DNA from: Bdellovibrionota bacterium
GTDB lineage: Bacteria > Bdellovibrionota_C > UBA2361 > JBGSMV01
Assembly: GCA_041739995.1 (NCBI GenBank)
Contig: JBGSMV010000011.1
Coordinates: 1-30,488, forward strand
Direction: 5' to 3'
Length of the DNA: 30,488 nucleotides
Part shown: positions 1-12,830 of the stretch, piece by piece
Layout: each line of letters starts with the position of its first letter
How positions within the stretch are numbered: position 1 is the first letter of the stretch
Made by a program: the position numbers and the translations under genes
Notes under the pieces: model-generated
Seen by the model: the letters and a program-made list of their open reading frames with translations, nothing else
Databases searched by the model: none
Told to the model about the DNA's origin: nothing

Positions 1-17
1 ATCGTATCTGTGCTCAT
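1..17 (-). CDS. 5' end of a gene running off the left edge (MSTDT...)
   Basis: ATG at 17 on the minus strand, preceded by GAGGAG Shine-Dalgarno (plus-strand ctcctc 25-30); only 5 codons visible. Confidence 0.4.
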
Positions 18-335
18 GGTGCAACTCCTCTGTGAAAGAACCTTTTGGTTAGGACGACGACTGCTCATCACTTGAGATGTTCTCAAGTGATAGCAGCCAC
101 CTCAAAATATACCCAGATATCAGTATGAAAGAGCGCTTAGAGAACCGTCAGCATAGGGAAACTTCGGTGCTAAGCAACCGCACTGAGCCCCTGGCGCATC
201 GAATTCCTGATGCACTGGCCTCCGTGTGCAGAGGCTTGATATGCACTGCCTCCCTTACCGCGTAGTTAGCGGTAGTACTTTCGGTAAGTACTTTTGAATT
301 GGGTCTTAGCGCATCCTCAAGAACCCGTACGATGG

Positions 336-499
336 CAGAGGGGCCTGAAATCAGCCCCCTCTGAGAGGGGGTGCACTATGGGGTAAGCCAATACCAGGTA
401 GTGAGACGCAACTACAAAAACCAAATACTTGGACGAACCTGAGCACCGTTTTGTGCTCAGGCGTTCCGTGCTGACAGTTGTCAGGTTCTCGAGTGCTCA
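336..499. repeat. Cluster of inverted repeats/hairpins in the intergenic region
   Basis: cagaggggcctga/tcagccccctctg (336-363), perfect 9-bp stem cctgagcac/gtgctcagg (438-461), ctgaca/tgtcag (471-484). Confidence 0.5.
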
Positions 500-557
500 A
501 TGAGTTTGTTAACCAGGCTATACCTAGCGCAAACGCATTGTGCACAACTGTCTGGCC

Positions 558-1163
558 CTACTCCGAACAAAGCGCCAGCAGCGCCTCGAAGTCAGAGTCT
601 TCCATCGTCGCCAAGATCGAGCCGTAAGCCGTCACCTGCGCGTTGTCAGCCGCGATCTCCTCAGGAGAAAGCTGAGCATGCGCCTTGTGACTGGGGTGCA
701 CTCGCACCGAGCCCTGACCAAGCAGCACAAAGGAATCCCGAGCCGCCATCCACGCGATGTGATGACGCTCGTTGACGATGGCACGAAGTCCCTCGTCAAG
801 CACCGCTTCGGGCGCTCCGCTGGCACGCAAGTCAGTCAGCTGCTGTTTCGTCAGTGACGAGAACATCAGCAACTGCCACATGCTCATCCAGCCAATGAAC
901 TGCTGGACCGATTGCGGCAGAGCCTCGAACTTCCGCCCAACATCGGGGTGCTCAGCCGCCGAGGGTTCAGAGCCCTCAGTGCGCCCCGAAAGGGAGTTGC
1001 GAAGCTTCCACCCACCAAACTGGTGGAGGACATACGGACCCCCGAAGAACTGGGGCAAGCCCTGCAGGATCGCCACGCGACTCAACAACGACTGAACCAT
1101 CAACTGAGCCATCAGACACCGTCCTTTCTCTAACAAGAGAGCCCCCTCTAAAGAGAGCAGCAC
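558..1163 (-). CDS. Hypothetical protein (start uncertain, possibly ATG 1112)
   Basis: 201-aa ORF, longest in the region, co-oriented with its neighbours, plausible helical composition; no recognised motif. Confidence 0.45.
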   Translation of the reverse strand: MLLSLEGALLLEKGRCLMAQLMVQSLLSRVAILQGLPQFFGGPYVLHQFGGWKLRNSLSGRTEGSEPSAAEHPDVGRKFEALPQSVQQFIGWMSMWQLLMFSSLTKQQLTDLRASGAPEAVLDEGLRAIVNERHHIAWMAARDSFVLLGQGSVRVHPSHKAHAQLSPEEIAADNAQVTAYGSILATMEDSDFEALLALCSE

Positions 1164-1340
1164 GGATCGTTCAAGCCAAACACCTGGCTCGACCGTCCCG
1201 TCTCAAACAGCACGTGTTGGACAAAGGACGATCGAGATTTCAAACAAAACCTGCAAGCAAACACCTTACTTGCGTCTCACTACCTCGTATTTTCTATGAG
1301 AATGAGGAGACCTGTAGGATACAGTGCTGGAACTCGGTAC

Positions 1341-2714
1341 TCAAACAGCCATGCTCGCGTTCACCGCAGCCTTGAATGTCTCGAACTGATTCGAATACTT
1401 AGAATGGGTGGCCAAAATTCCAAGGGCATAGCACAGACCTAGAGCCTTACGAAGATCGGGGTTATGCCGATTCGCATCGAAATCTTCTCCCCGTTGCCAC
1501 TCAACTTCTGCCTTATCTTTCCTCTTCTCAGCCGTATTCTGGCGATACTCCACGACCGGCAAACTGCGCGAGAAGCGTCGCAGATTTACCCAGGCAAGAT
1601 GGTTCTCGAAGGCAAGATGCAAATGTAGCCCCTCAGGCAGCACCGCACGGCCCACTCCATTCTGAGGAACAATCAGTGGAACGCCACGTAATGGATCGAC
1701 TAATTCCCCTTGGGACAGCTCGATTCCCCCCTCATTCATCAACACGCCGACACGGACTAACTCATCAAAAGCGGTTGGTGGAATTCGACTGAGGTAGTCA
1801 AGCTGTGCCTCTGAAATCAGGCCAACGAAAATCTGATCTCTGGGATCTAAAGTACGCGAATGACGATAGGACTCTATGCTCTTGTGGGACGTACCTCCTG
1901 GCTCAAGTCCCTTAGCCAAAGCAAAACCACACCGAAATTGAAAATCACCCCAGAACTCTTTGAACTCTGCACTAAAGAGCTCTAAGTGACAGGGCTGGTT
2001 ACGCGCTGCACTACTCGCGTCCCCCCAACCAAGCGCTGAAATTTGTCTCTCGCTGAACTTACCAAAAGCAAGTAGCGCACCAATGGCTTCTCGACGCTCG
2101 CGATCACTGATCTGCAAACCGGCTTCTACTGGGCCTATAACGTTGCTTTTTCGATGCTCCTCAGAAGGAAGGGTTCGTGACCAAGACAATGCATCGCGCA
2201 CGGCGAGCGCATAGAGAGAGGTGAACCTATTAAGGGCTTCCGGGGAGATAGCAAAGCCCTGCCCAGATTGATCGCGGAGAACTGCGGGTGAGAACTCCTG
2301 TGTTGGTCGAGAGAGTGGCGCTACGCCACGTTCGCACATCGCCCGGGCACATCCTCTCAGGTCTGACTGTTCCCCAAGCGACAAGCCCCGAACGACAAAC
2401 AACATGTTGTAGGCCAGCCGCTGTTGAAACAGCTGATCAGTAACCGAAAGATCTGCAAAGTTTCGACTCGGCGAAGGCATTCGCCCCCCGGGCTCGACCC
2501 CCCTTTCCCAAGATCTGCACATTCCAAACGTGCGAGTCGCGTGCTTAAGCAGACCACAGTCGTTTCGAAAGCACTGCGCGACGAGGTGATGGGTAGAGCC
2601 ACTCCCAATAACAGACGGCGCCACCCCAGGCCCAAGCGCAGCGAATGCGTCCGAAGATGCAGGCACCGCTAAGAGTGATTGTCTTCTTTGAATTTCAGAC
2701 CCTCCCGCACCCAT
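1341..2714 (-). CDS. Hypothetical protein (possible degenerate tyrosine-recombinase-like fold)
   Basis: 457-aa ORF; no intact family motif; see findings. Confidence 0.6.
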   Translation of the reverse strand: MGAGGSEIQRRQSLLAVPASSDAFAALGPGVAPSVIGSGSTHHLVAQCFRNDCGLLKHATRTFGMCRSWERGVEPGGRMPSPSRNFADLSVTDQLFQQRLAYNMLFVVRGLSLGEQSDLRGCARAMCERGVAPLSRPTQEFSPAVLRDQSGQGFAISPEALNRFTSLYALAVRDALSWSRTLPSEEHRKSNVIGPVEAGLQISDRERREAIGALLAFGKFSERQISALGWGDASSAARNQPCHLELFSAEFKEFWGDFQFRCGFALAKGLEPGGTSHKSIESYRHSRTLDPRDQIFVGLISEAQLDYLSRIPPTAFDELVRVGVLMNEGGIELSQGELVDPLRGVPLIVPQNGVGRAVLPEGLHLHLAFENHLAWVNLRRFSRSLPVVEYRQNTAEKRKDKAEVEWQRGEDFDANRHNPDLRKALGLCYALGILATHSKYSNQFETFKAAVNASMAV

Positions 2715-3052
2715 CTAACTCGCTGATACCTCCAACACCTTCAGCGCCATTACGAATCAAGCTCTCAATAGAGGCACATCAACGTACTAGCTCTCACCCG
2801 TTCGATAGTATTATTGAGGTTTTGCGCTTGTACGCCGCACAAACCCTAGACCTGGAATTTTCGCTCAACTCTCAGCCGTAAGGCCATGAAGTTATTGAAC
2901 TACCCAGAAGCTACTTGAACCCAACCAAAGCGTGGTTATCGATAGAATTCAGTAATTCGAGATTTCGTTGTGGGCTCTGTAGTTTTTGCCATAATGCGCC
3001 GTGCGCCGCCTTCATGCCGGCAGGGTTAAGAGAACAGGAATAAAGAGGAACT

Positions 3053-3931
3053 ATGCTTAAGCGAATCGGGCTATTTTTACTTACTAACATTTTGATCATC
3101 GCCACGATCTCAATCATCTTGAGCGTGTTCAATGTTCAGCCCTACCTCACCAGTTCAGGCATCGACTACGAATCCCTAATGATATTCTGTCTAATCTGGG
3201 GATTCACCGGCTCATTCATTTCATTGGCGCTTTCAAAGGTGATGGCTAAGTGGATGATGGGCGTAAAACCTGTCGCCTCAACTGATCCGCGCTACGGCTG
3301 GGTACAAACCATGGTCGAGAACATCGCGCGCTCGGCGGGACTTTCTAAATGCCCAGAAGTCGGAGTGTACCAGAGCCCAGAAATTAACGCGTTTGCAACC
3401 GGCCCAACCAAAAACCGCTCCTTAGTGGCGTTCTCGTCCGGACTACTCGACAACATGGACAGAGCTCAGGTCGAAGGAGTCGCCGCTCACGAAGTTGCAC
3501 ATATCACCAACGGCGACATGGTAACCATGACGCTGCTGCAGGGCATCATAAACGCCTTCGTTATGTTCTTGGCGCGCGCAATCGGCTTCGCTGCTTCGCA
3601 AGCGGTAAAGGAAGAACAAGCGGTCATTGTTCGATTCGCAGTCACCATTCTACTCGACATCATGCTGAGCATCTTAGGTTCCATGGTGGTGATGTACTTC
3701 TCCCGAAAGCGAGAATTTCGCGCTGATGCCGGTGCCGCTAAGTTCGTGGGACGAGAGAAGATGATTTCAGCGCTGGAGTTTCTCAAGCGCACACAAGAGT
3801 ATGCTCAAGTGGGCGAGGCACATGCGTCGCTTGCCACCATGAAGATTTCAAGCAAGAAAGGCTGGCTGGCCGCCTTCTCCTCTCACCCGCCGCTGGATAC
3901 TCGAATTGCGGCACTGAAGGGTTTCTCTTAA
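3053..3931 (+). CDS. htpX: Membrane-bound zinc metalloprotease HtpX (M48)
   Basis: MLKRIGLFLLTN N-terminus, INAFATG, HEVAH (HExxH), NGDMVTMTLLQG, FSRKREFRADAG, SHPPLDTRI; RBS AGAGGA. Confidence 0.97.
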   Translation: MLKRIGLFLLTNILIIATISIILSVFNVQPYLTSSGIDYESLMIFCLIWGFTGSFISLALSKVMAKWMMGVKPVASTDPRYGWVQTMVENIARSAGLSKCPEVGVYQSPEINAFATGPTKNRSLVAFSSGLLDNMDRAQVEGVAAHEVAHITNGDMVTMTLLQGIINAFVMFLARAIGFAASQAVKEEQAVIVRFAVTILLDIMLSILGSMVVMYFSRKREFRADAGAAKFVGREKMISALEFLKRTQEYAQVGEAHASLATMKISSKKGWLAAFSSHPPLDTRIAALKGFS

Positions 3932-3971
3932 GCGAGCAACGGACCTGACTTGGTTTGTTCGCTCGAGGAGC

Positions 3972-4062
3972 GTCTTGAAGTTCACCTTCAAGCGCCCTTC
4001 CCTCGAGAAAGGGCGCTGAGTACGCCTGAAGGTTCCCCTTAAGTGCCCATGCTCGCAAGGTT
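3972..4062. repeat. Diverged direct repeat, copy 1 (partner 4735-4825); contains two hairpins just downstream of htpX
   Basis: Ungapped manual alignment 70/91 identical to 4735-4825; hairpins ttgaag/cttcaa and agcgccctt/aagggcgct. Confidence 0.85.
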
Positions 4063-4171
4063 GCCAATTCAGTGTGCACCTGCCTGCATTCGACCGCATT
4101 CTGCGCGACCGATTTTGCCGCGCGTGGCATCCAATTGTCCCTGTGATGAAGCCTTCGCTATAGTCTGAAGT

Positions 4172-4657
4172 ATGAAACCTTCTTCGGATACCTTCGAACA
4201 AATTGATCGTCGCTTAGTTTCCACCATGCAGAAGCTGGGCATTCCGGCACTACGCATCAGCCTTGGAATTATATTTGTCTGGTTTGGGGTTTTGAAGTTT
4301 TTCCCGGGCTTGAGCGCTGCTGAAGAAATTGCTACCCGCACCATTCAAGCGCTCACCTTCGGCGCCCTCGCGCCGGCACTTATTCCGAAACTATTAGCTT
4401 TACTTGAATGCGCAATTGGGCTGGGCCTTATTTTTCATAAGTACCTTCGTATAACTCTTGGGTTATTGTTCCTGCAGATGATCGGAACTTTCATGCCGTT
4501 ACTTTTGTTTCCAACCGAAACGTTTGTTCAGTTTCCGCTAGTTCCAAATTTGGAAGGGCAGTACATCATCAAGAATTTAATTCTTGTGAGTGCGGGAATA
4601 GTGATTGGATCCACGGTACGGGGCGGGGCTCCGAAACCAGCGGTAGTCGCAAAGTAG
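4172..4657 (+). CDS. DoxX-family membrane protein
   Basis: LRISLGIIFVWFGVLKFFPGLS, LECAIGLGL, EGQYIIKNL motifs; about 4 TM segments. Confidence 0.88.
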   Translation: MKPSSDTFEQIDRRLVSTMQKLGIPALRISLGIIFVWFGVLKFFPGLSAAEEIATRTIQALTFGALAPALIPKLLALLECAIGLGLIFHKYLRITLGLLFLQMIGTFMPLLLFPTETFVQFPLVPNLEGQYIIKNLILVSAGIVIGSTVRGGAPKPAVVAK

Positions 4658-4707
4658 GTGCTTCGCCACTTTGCTTAGTGACCCTGTACTTCGATATCCT
4701 GCTAATA

Positions 4708-5097
4708 CTATCTGTGCTTTCTCGCCTTGGTGGTGTCTTGAAGTTCTCCTTCAAACACCATTCCCTCGAATAGAGGCGCTGAGTAGGCCTGCAGATTCCC
4801 TTCGAGTGACGGCACTCGTAAGCTTCCTCTTGCATTGAGGGCTTGCTCTACTTGCTCGAGTTCAGGAAATGAAAACTTGTGGCCCACTTGCTGCACCGCA
4901 CCACCCAACGATGAAACTACGCTGGCGATTTTCTCTTTATCCCACTGATCATGGGTCGGGACGCTCAGGGCTTCAATCGCTCGGTCTATGCTTGGGACCA
5001 CCGAGGGAAACGAGACCTGCACCTCGTCATAAACCCAGTTCCCGAATACCATCCAAACAACGAACGTAACGAGAAACCTCACCATCACAACCCCCAT
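4708..5097 (-). CDS. Hypothetical small membrane-anchored protein
   Basis: 129 aa with a hydrophobic N-terminal segment (VRFLVTFVVWMVFG); C-terminus is encoded by repeat copy 2. Confidence 0.6.
   Translation of the reverse strand: MGVVMVRFLVTFVVWMVFGNWVYDEVQVSFPSVVPSIDRAIEALSVPTHDQWDKEKIASVVSSLGGAVQQVGHKFSFPELEQVEQALNARGSLRVPSLEGNLQAYSAPLFEGMVFEGELQDTTKARKHR
4735..4825. repeat. Diverged direct repeat, copy 2 (partner 3972-4062)
   Basis: Same alignment, offset 763 bp. Confidence 0.85.
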
Positions 5098-5227
5098 GAA
5101 CCCTTCTCAACCACGTGCCCTCAAACAGCGCGTCTTCACATTGGCACTTAACTCTTAAGGAAAGGATTCGCCTATTCTCGTACGACTCCTTAGGTTTGGT
5201 GGCGCAATTTTTTAATTTCGAATAGGC

Positions 5228-5394
5228 GTTTTTCCTAGGAGTCTGTGACACAGGCACAGACGACGACGTCCCGCCGACTTGTCCACCGTAGATTTATCGA
5301 AGGGGGAAGCTTCCTCGAATTGAATGGCAGCACGGGCGCATGCGAGCGAAGGCGGACCCTCAAAATCAGAGCTGTGTCACAGACTCTCAAAAAC
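5228..5394 (+). other. Rod-like structured element upstream of metH (candidate 6S-like ncRNA or MITE)
   Basis: Perfect 15-bp IR GAGTCTGTGACACAG (5239-5253 / 5372-5386), 14x14-nt internal bubble, inner stems with G-U pairs on the + strand. Confidence 0.55.
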
Positions 5395-5493
5395 ACTCTG
5401 CACGGAGCCGCGCGCCATCGAATGGCGCTCCTCTTCTCCCTTTGGCCTTCTCCCTCTCGCCTTTAGCGTCCATTTTTGCGACAGTTAGCCGCG

Positions 5494-9183
<3,690 letters not shown>

Positions 9184-10020
9184 CTATACGAGCCCGCGCT
9201 CCGCAAGCAACTCTCGAAGCTCGTCCACCTCGTCAGGTTGCGCGAGCCTTGGCTCTAGACTTCTACGATTTATTCGGCGCGCACGCGCAAGCTCACGTAT
9301 GAGGTCAGCCTTCTTGGGAGGCTTAATAAGAAATCCACTGGCACCTGCCTTGAGGCAGTCAACCAACATATCGGCAGTGCCATAGGCGGTGAGAACAATG
9401 ATCGGAAGGTGCGCGAAACGTTTGTCGGCTCGAAGTTTCAAAATCAGCTCCCGGCCATCCATGTCGGGCATACGAATATCAGTGATGATGCAGGTCACGT
9501 CTTTCGCGCTACTCTCTAGGCGCTCAAGCGCACAAATCGCTGAGCTATCTCCGACCACGGTCGAATAACCCATGCCTTCCACGTAGGAACAAATGATGTC
9601 TCTTGCAGCGTCTAGATCCTCAACGACCAGAATTTTTAGGTCCTGAGCGGAATCTTCCCGTCCTTCCTTAGCGATACCTTCGAGGAGCGCGCTAAGATTC
9701 TGGACCGCATCTGCCCCCCCGACTGGTTCAGCTCCGTACAGGCGAACTCCGCCTTCTTCGCGCTTGTCCGGCTCATCTTCCGAGACCACATAAAACGGCG
9801 CTACAGGAGCCTTGGTCCACAGGGCTCCTGCGATGCGTTGCTGATCATCAATCGGAAGCGAGCGATCGGTCACAAGCGCGCTGAATGAGCGCAGCCCAAG
9901 CCACTCGAGTGCAGACTTCACATCAACGCAGCTTTTTACTCGGCAGCCCGAACTAGTAACCGCCTTCTCAAGACGGAACATCAGATCGGCATCGTGACTC
10001 ACAAGAAGAACATCTGGCAC
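9184..10020 (-). CDS. Response regulator with two receiver domains and no output domain
   Basis: C-terminal REC: LVVED, ITDIRMPDMDG, IIVLTA, FLIKP; N-terminal degenerate REC: LLVSHD, LVTDRSLP. Confidence 0.88.
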   Translation of the reverse strand: MPDVLLVSHDADLMFRLEKAVTSSGCRVKSCVDVKSALEWLGLRSFSALVTDRSLPIDDQQRIAGALWTKAPVAPFYVVSEDEPDKREEGGVRLYGAEPVGGADAVQNLSALLEGIAKEGREDSAQDLKILVVEDLDAARDIICSYVEGMGYSTVVGDSSAICALERLESSAKDVTCIITDIRMPDMDGRELILKLRADKRFAHLPIIVLTAYGTADMLVDCLKAGASGFLIKPPKKADLIRELARARRINRRSLEPRLAQPDEVDELRELLAERGLV

Positions 10021-10065
10021 GGTAATATCTCCGACGGAGGCTTCCGATGGTCCCCACTTTGGTAA

Positions 10066-10386
10066 CTATTCCTGACTTCCGCTATCCGGGAGTTTCGCCG
10101 CGAGCGATTCGAGCTCTAGAAGGACCTCGCGCACCCTACCAAGGTTCTGGTCAATTTGCTCTGAGGATTTTCTGAGCAACTGGTCGAGTACCGCAGCTCT
10201 ATCGGCCAGGTTCTGAAAGCCAAGAAAGCCTGCTCCTCCACGAATCGTATGAAAAGTGCGCCCGAGCTCCCGTGCTTCGCCCGGCGAGGGGGTGGACCCT
10301 TCGAACAGCTCCTCATGTGCGTGAGCAAGCTGACGCTGAAGCTCACTAAGGAAGAGTTGGTAGACTTGAGGGCTGACTTGGATCAC
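10066..10386 (-). CDS. Stand-alone histidine phosphotransfer (Hpt) protein
   Basis: RTFHTIRGGAGFLG matches the Hpt/CheA-P1 H-box (HTxKGxAxxxG); 106 aa. Confidence 0.9.
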   Translation of the reverse strand: MIQVSPQVYQLFLSELQRQLAHAHEELFEGSTPSPGEARELGRTFHTIRGGAGFLGFQNLADRAAVLDQLLRKSSEQIDQNLGRVREVLLELESLAAKLPDSGSQE

Positions 10387-10606
10387 CGGTTCACCTAATG
10401 AATAGAGCTAGGATGCTCGAACGGAGGAATCTTGACCGGCCCTAAGGCCTCTCTCAAAAAAATGTCTCGCAACCTCAGATTCCCCGTCTCACATACGTAA
10501 AATCGGGGGGTTAGCGAAGAACCTTAACGTTCTGGCGCTATAGCGAGCGCTTTCGCAAATACTCGAGATCATTTAAGAGTATTAGAACTTCAAGTGGGTT
10601 TTGCTT

Positions 10607-11719
10607 ATGAATAAGATAATTCCGGTCGTTTTGTTGCTCGTGGTCGCAGGGGTAGCCTGGTTTGTGCTCTCTTCTGGCGATGGGAGCTCTTCGGCGGTTC
10701 GTACCGCTTCTACCGCTGCCCAAGCGGGGCAACCTGGGCAACCAGATACCCTCCGCGATGGCATGATTGACGATATCAAGTCTCAGAATACTGGCGGCTT
10801 CACAGCTGATACCGAAGACGGCGAGGACCCCGACTTTTATGATGAGCGTACTGCCGTAGAGCGCTACCGTTCCCTGGATGATGCGCTGAAAGCCATCAAG
10901 GACGGCGCGGTCGACTATGACGACCTGGTCCTCGATCAATTCACCGACCTCCCCCAGAATTGTTCGTGGTGCGATGAGCTATATGCCCAGGTAAAGGCGC
11001 TCGCACTCTCTCCTGACACCAAAGCCGAACAGCGCAGCTTCTACGCAGAAGTCTTAGCGGTCAGCGGCCGACTCGAAAACATTCAGACCTTGGTTGATTC
11101 GATTAAGGGAGCCAAGAACCAAGATGAAGCCGATCTTTTCGCCGAGGCGCTTGAACTTGCAGTTGGCAAAGACGACATCGTCAAATACTTAGGCGATCAG
11201 CTCGAAGGTACAAATGAGACCCTTCGAGAGTCATCGGTAGCCGCTATCACGAATCAAGGCTCACGTCTGGCAGTCGAACTTCTTAGTGAGCACACCATCA
11301 AACAAGGCGACGCCGATGGATACTACTCAGTGGGCATCGGCTTAGGTGAACTCGTACCTGAGCCAGAAGCCTATCCCGTCTTGCAGGGAATCATCGGCAA
11401 ACGCGACCAGTACTCGCACCTTGCGGTCAAGGCTCTGCTTAATTCGGGGCTCGATGGGCTTCGAATCGTAGTGGACAGCCTTTCCAATAGTCCAAATCCA
11501 CAGTTCGATGCCGGCATGCTTGAGAGCGCCAAGGATCACGTCACTTTTGATGACGAGACCATGACATATCTGCGTGACGTCGCGGAGAAGTCTCCAAATC
11601 CATCAGTCCAAGCATTTTCTCGCGAAACTCTCGAAGAATTCCAGCAAATGGAAGCAGAGGCCGAGCAAGACGAGGACTTCGATGAAGAAGAGCCTTTTAC
11701 CCCCGCTAAGCCTAATTAA
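10607..11719 (+). CDS. Exported or membrane-anchored acidic alpha-helical (HEAT-like) protein
   Basis: N-terminal TM/signal segment MNKIIPVVLLLVVAGVAWFV, low-complexity linker, helical repeats, CSWC, acidic tail. Confidence 0.75.
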   Translation: MNKIIPVVLLLVVAGVAWFVLSSGDGSSSAVRTASTAAQAGQPGQPDTLRDGMIDDIKSQNTGGFTADTEDGEDPDFYDERTAVERYRSLDDALKAIKDGAVDYDDLVLDQFTDLPQNCSWCDELYAQVKALALSPDTKAEQRSFYAEVLAVSGRLENIQTLVDSIKGAKNQDEADLFAEALELAVGKDDIVKYLGDQLEGTNETLRESSVAAITNQGSRLAVELLSEHTIKQGDADGYYSVGIGLGELVPEPEAYPVLQGIIGKRDQYSHLAVKALLNSGLDGLRIVVDSLSNSPNPQFDAGMLESAKDHVTFDDETMTYLRDVAEKSPNPSVQAFSRETLEEFQQMEAEAEQDEDFDEEEPFTPAKPN

Positions 11720-12005
11720 CGCTCGAATGCATTTGCAGCTGCTGCTCTCGACTTTAAGCGAAACTAATTTCAGCCCTTCTGGGTACTGTGGATACTTCGC
11801 GTCCTGCTCGTCCTCCAGGCCCACTGTCTACCACTAAGAATTTTCCCTACCCTCTCTAGTACCATCCCGTACGAGGCTATAAGAATTTTTCGCTCCCCAG
11901 CATCAAGAGCTTCAAGAACTGCGTCGAGTCTCTCTTAGCTGGCTTTATGAGTGCGACTTCGAGACGATATCTTGGAGTCCGTAAGGTCACACAGGGGAAC
12001 ATTTA

Positions 12006-12695
12006 GTGCAGTTTAATACTCTCAAGGAACGACAACTTACGAGTGGCGCTGGTCTATCAGTCTCCATGGCTCGAGCGTTTCGTTGCATGGAATCGCGACT
12101 GCTCTCGCCCTCCCGCTCGGTGTGTGGCTCTGCGGGAGCACTCGCAAACACGCATCGCAAGACTACCCGTTCTCGGCAGAGGCGCTTGCTTGAAGCTCTC
12201 GCGGATGCACGCCAGGCTATGTCTGAAGCACTCCGCATTGATTTCGGAGAAAGATTCGAATTGCTCTTAAATGTTTCAGATCGAGAAGGCTGGCCAATCC
12301 TGGAACTCCACTTGATCGACAACTCGATTGAATTCTTTCCGGGTGTTCGCGGTGCCGTTACCGACTCAATGAGCGCAGGCGCCTTCGAGAAACCTAGTGC
12401 GGCAATAGTGTTTGTGACCCTTAATCACGGCGAAGCTATCGCACACCTCAGTGTTGAGGAGGACCACGATTTAAACGGCCTGCCCGAACTACTCATTGAG
12501 AACGTCGCTCTATTCCTAGGTAGAATCGGCGAAGGAATGGCCCCAACTATCAGGGCGGAGCAAAGGGATACAGACCCACTCCCCGCCCTATTCACCGCCA
12601 CTGCTCTCACGCGAGTCAGCGACGTCATCAGTCGTCCAGAAACCGAATCACTGGACAACGAACTACTTGAGCTTGATTTTTTGACTAGCTGCTAG
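12006..12695 (+). CDS. Hypothetical protein (start uncertain)
   Basis: 229-aa ORF with AGGGGA upstream of GTG; no recognised motif. Confidence 0.55.
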   Translation: MQFNTLKERQLTSGAGLSVSMARAFRCMESRLLSPSRSVCGSAGALANTHRKTTRSRQRRLLEALADARQAMSEALRIDFGERFELLLNVSDREGWPILELHLIDNSIEFFPGVRGAVTDSMSAGAFEKPSAAIVFVTLNHGEAIAHLSVEEDHDLNGLPELLIENVALFLGRIGEGMAPTIRAEQRDTDPLPALFTATALTRVSDVISRPETESLDNELLELDFLTSC

Positions 12696-12830
12696 TTTCC
12701 TGAGTTAAGGGCTCGAGGATTAATTCTCACCGTGCTCGCTGAGCTCTTTGTAATTTACACAAGGAGTGCCGCGAAAAAGGCGAGAAAGATACCAAATGAA
12801 CTTCTGAGTCAGGACGCGAGCCGAACGCTA

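Noticed and set aside
3783..4130. 115-aa minus-strand ORF sharing a peptide with ORF 4708-5097
   Set aside because: Overlaps the htpX 3' end antisense by ~150 bp, and the similarity is confined to the repeat; treated as a remnant, not a gene
5098..5493. SAM or cobalamin riboswitch upstream of metH
   Set aside because: No SAM-I (AUC..GAG, GCAACC) or B12-box (GGGAA...GCCACUG) core recognised
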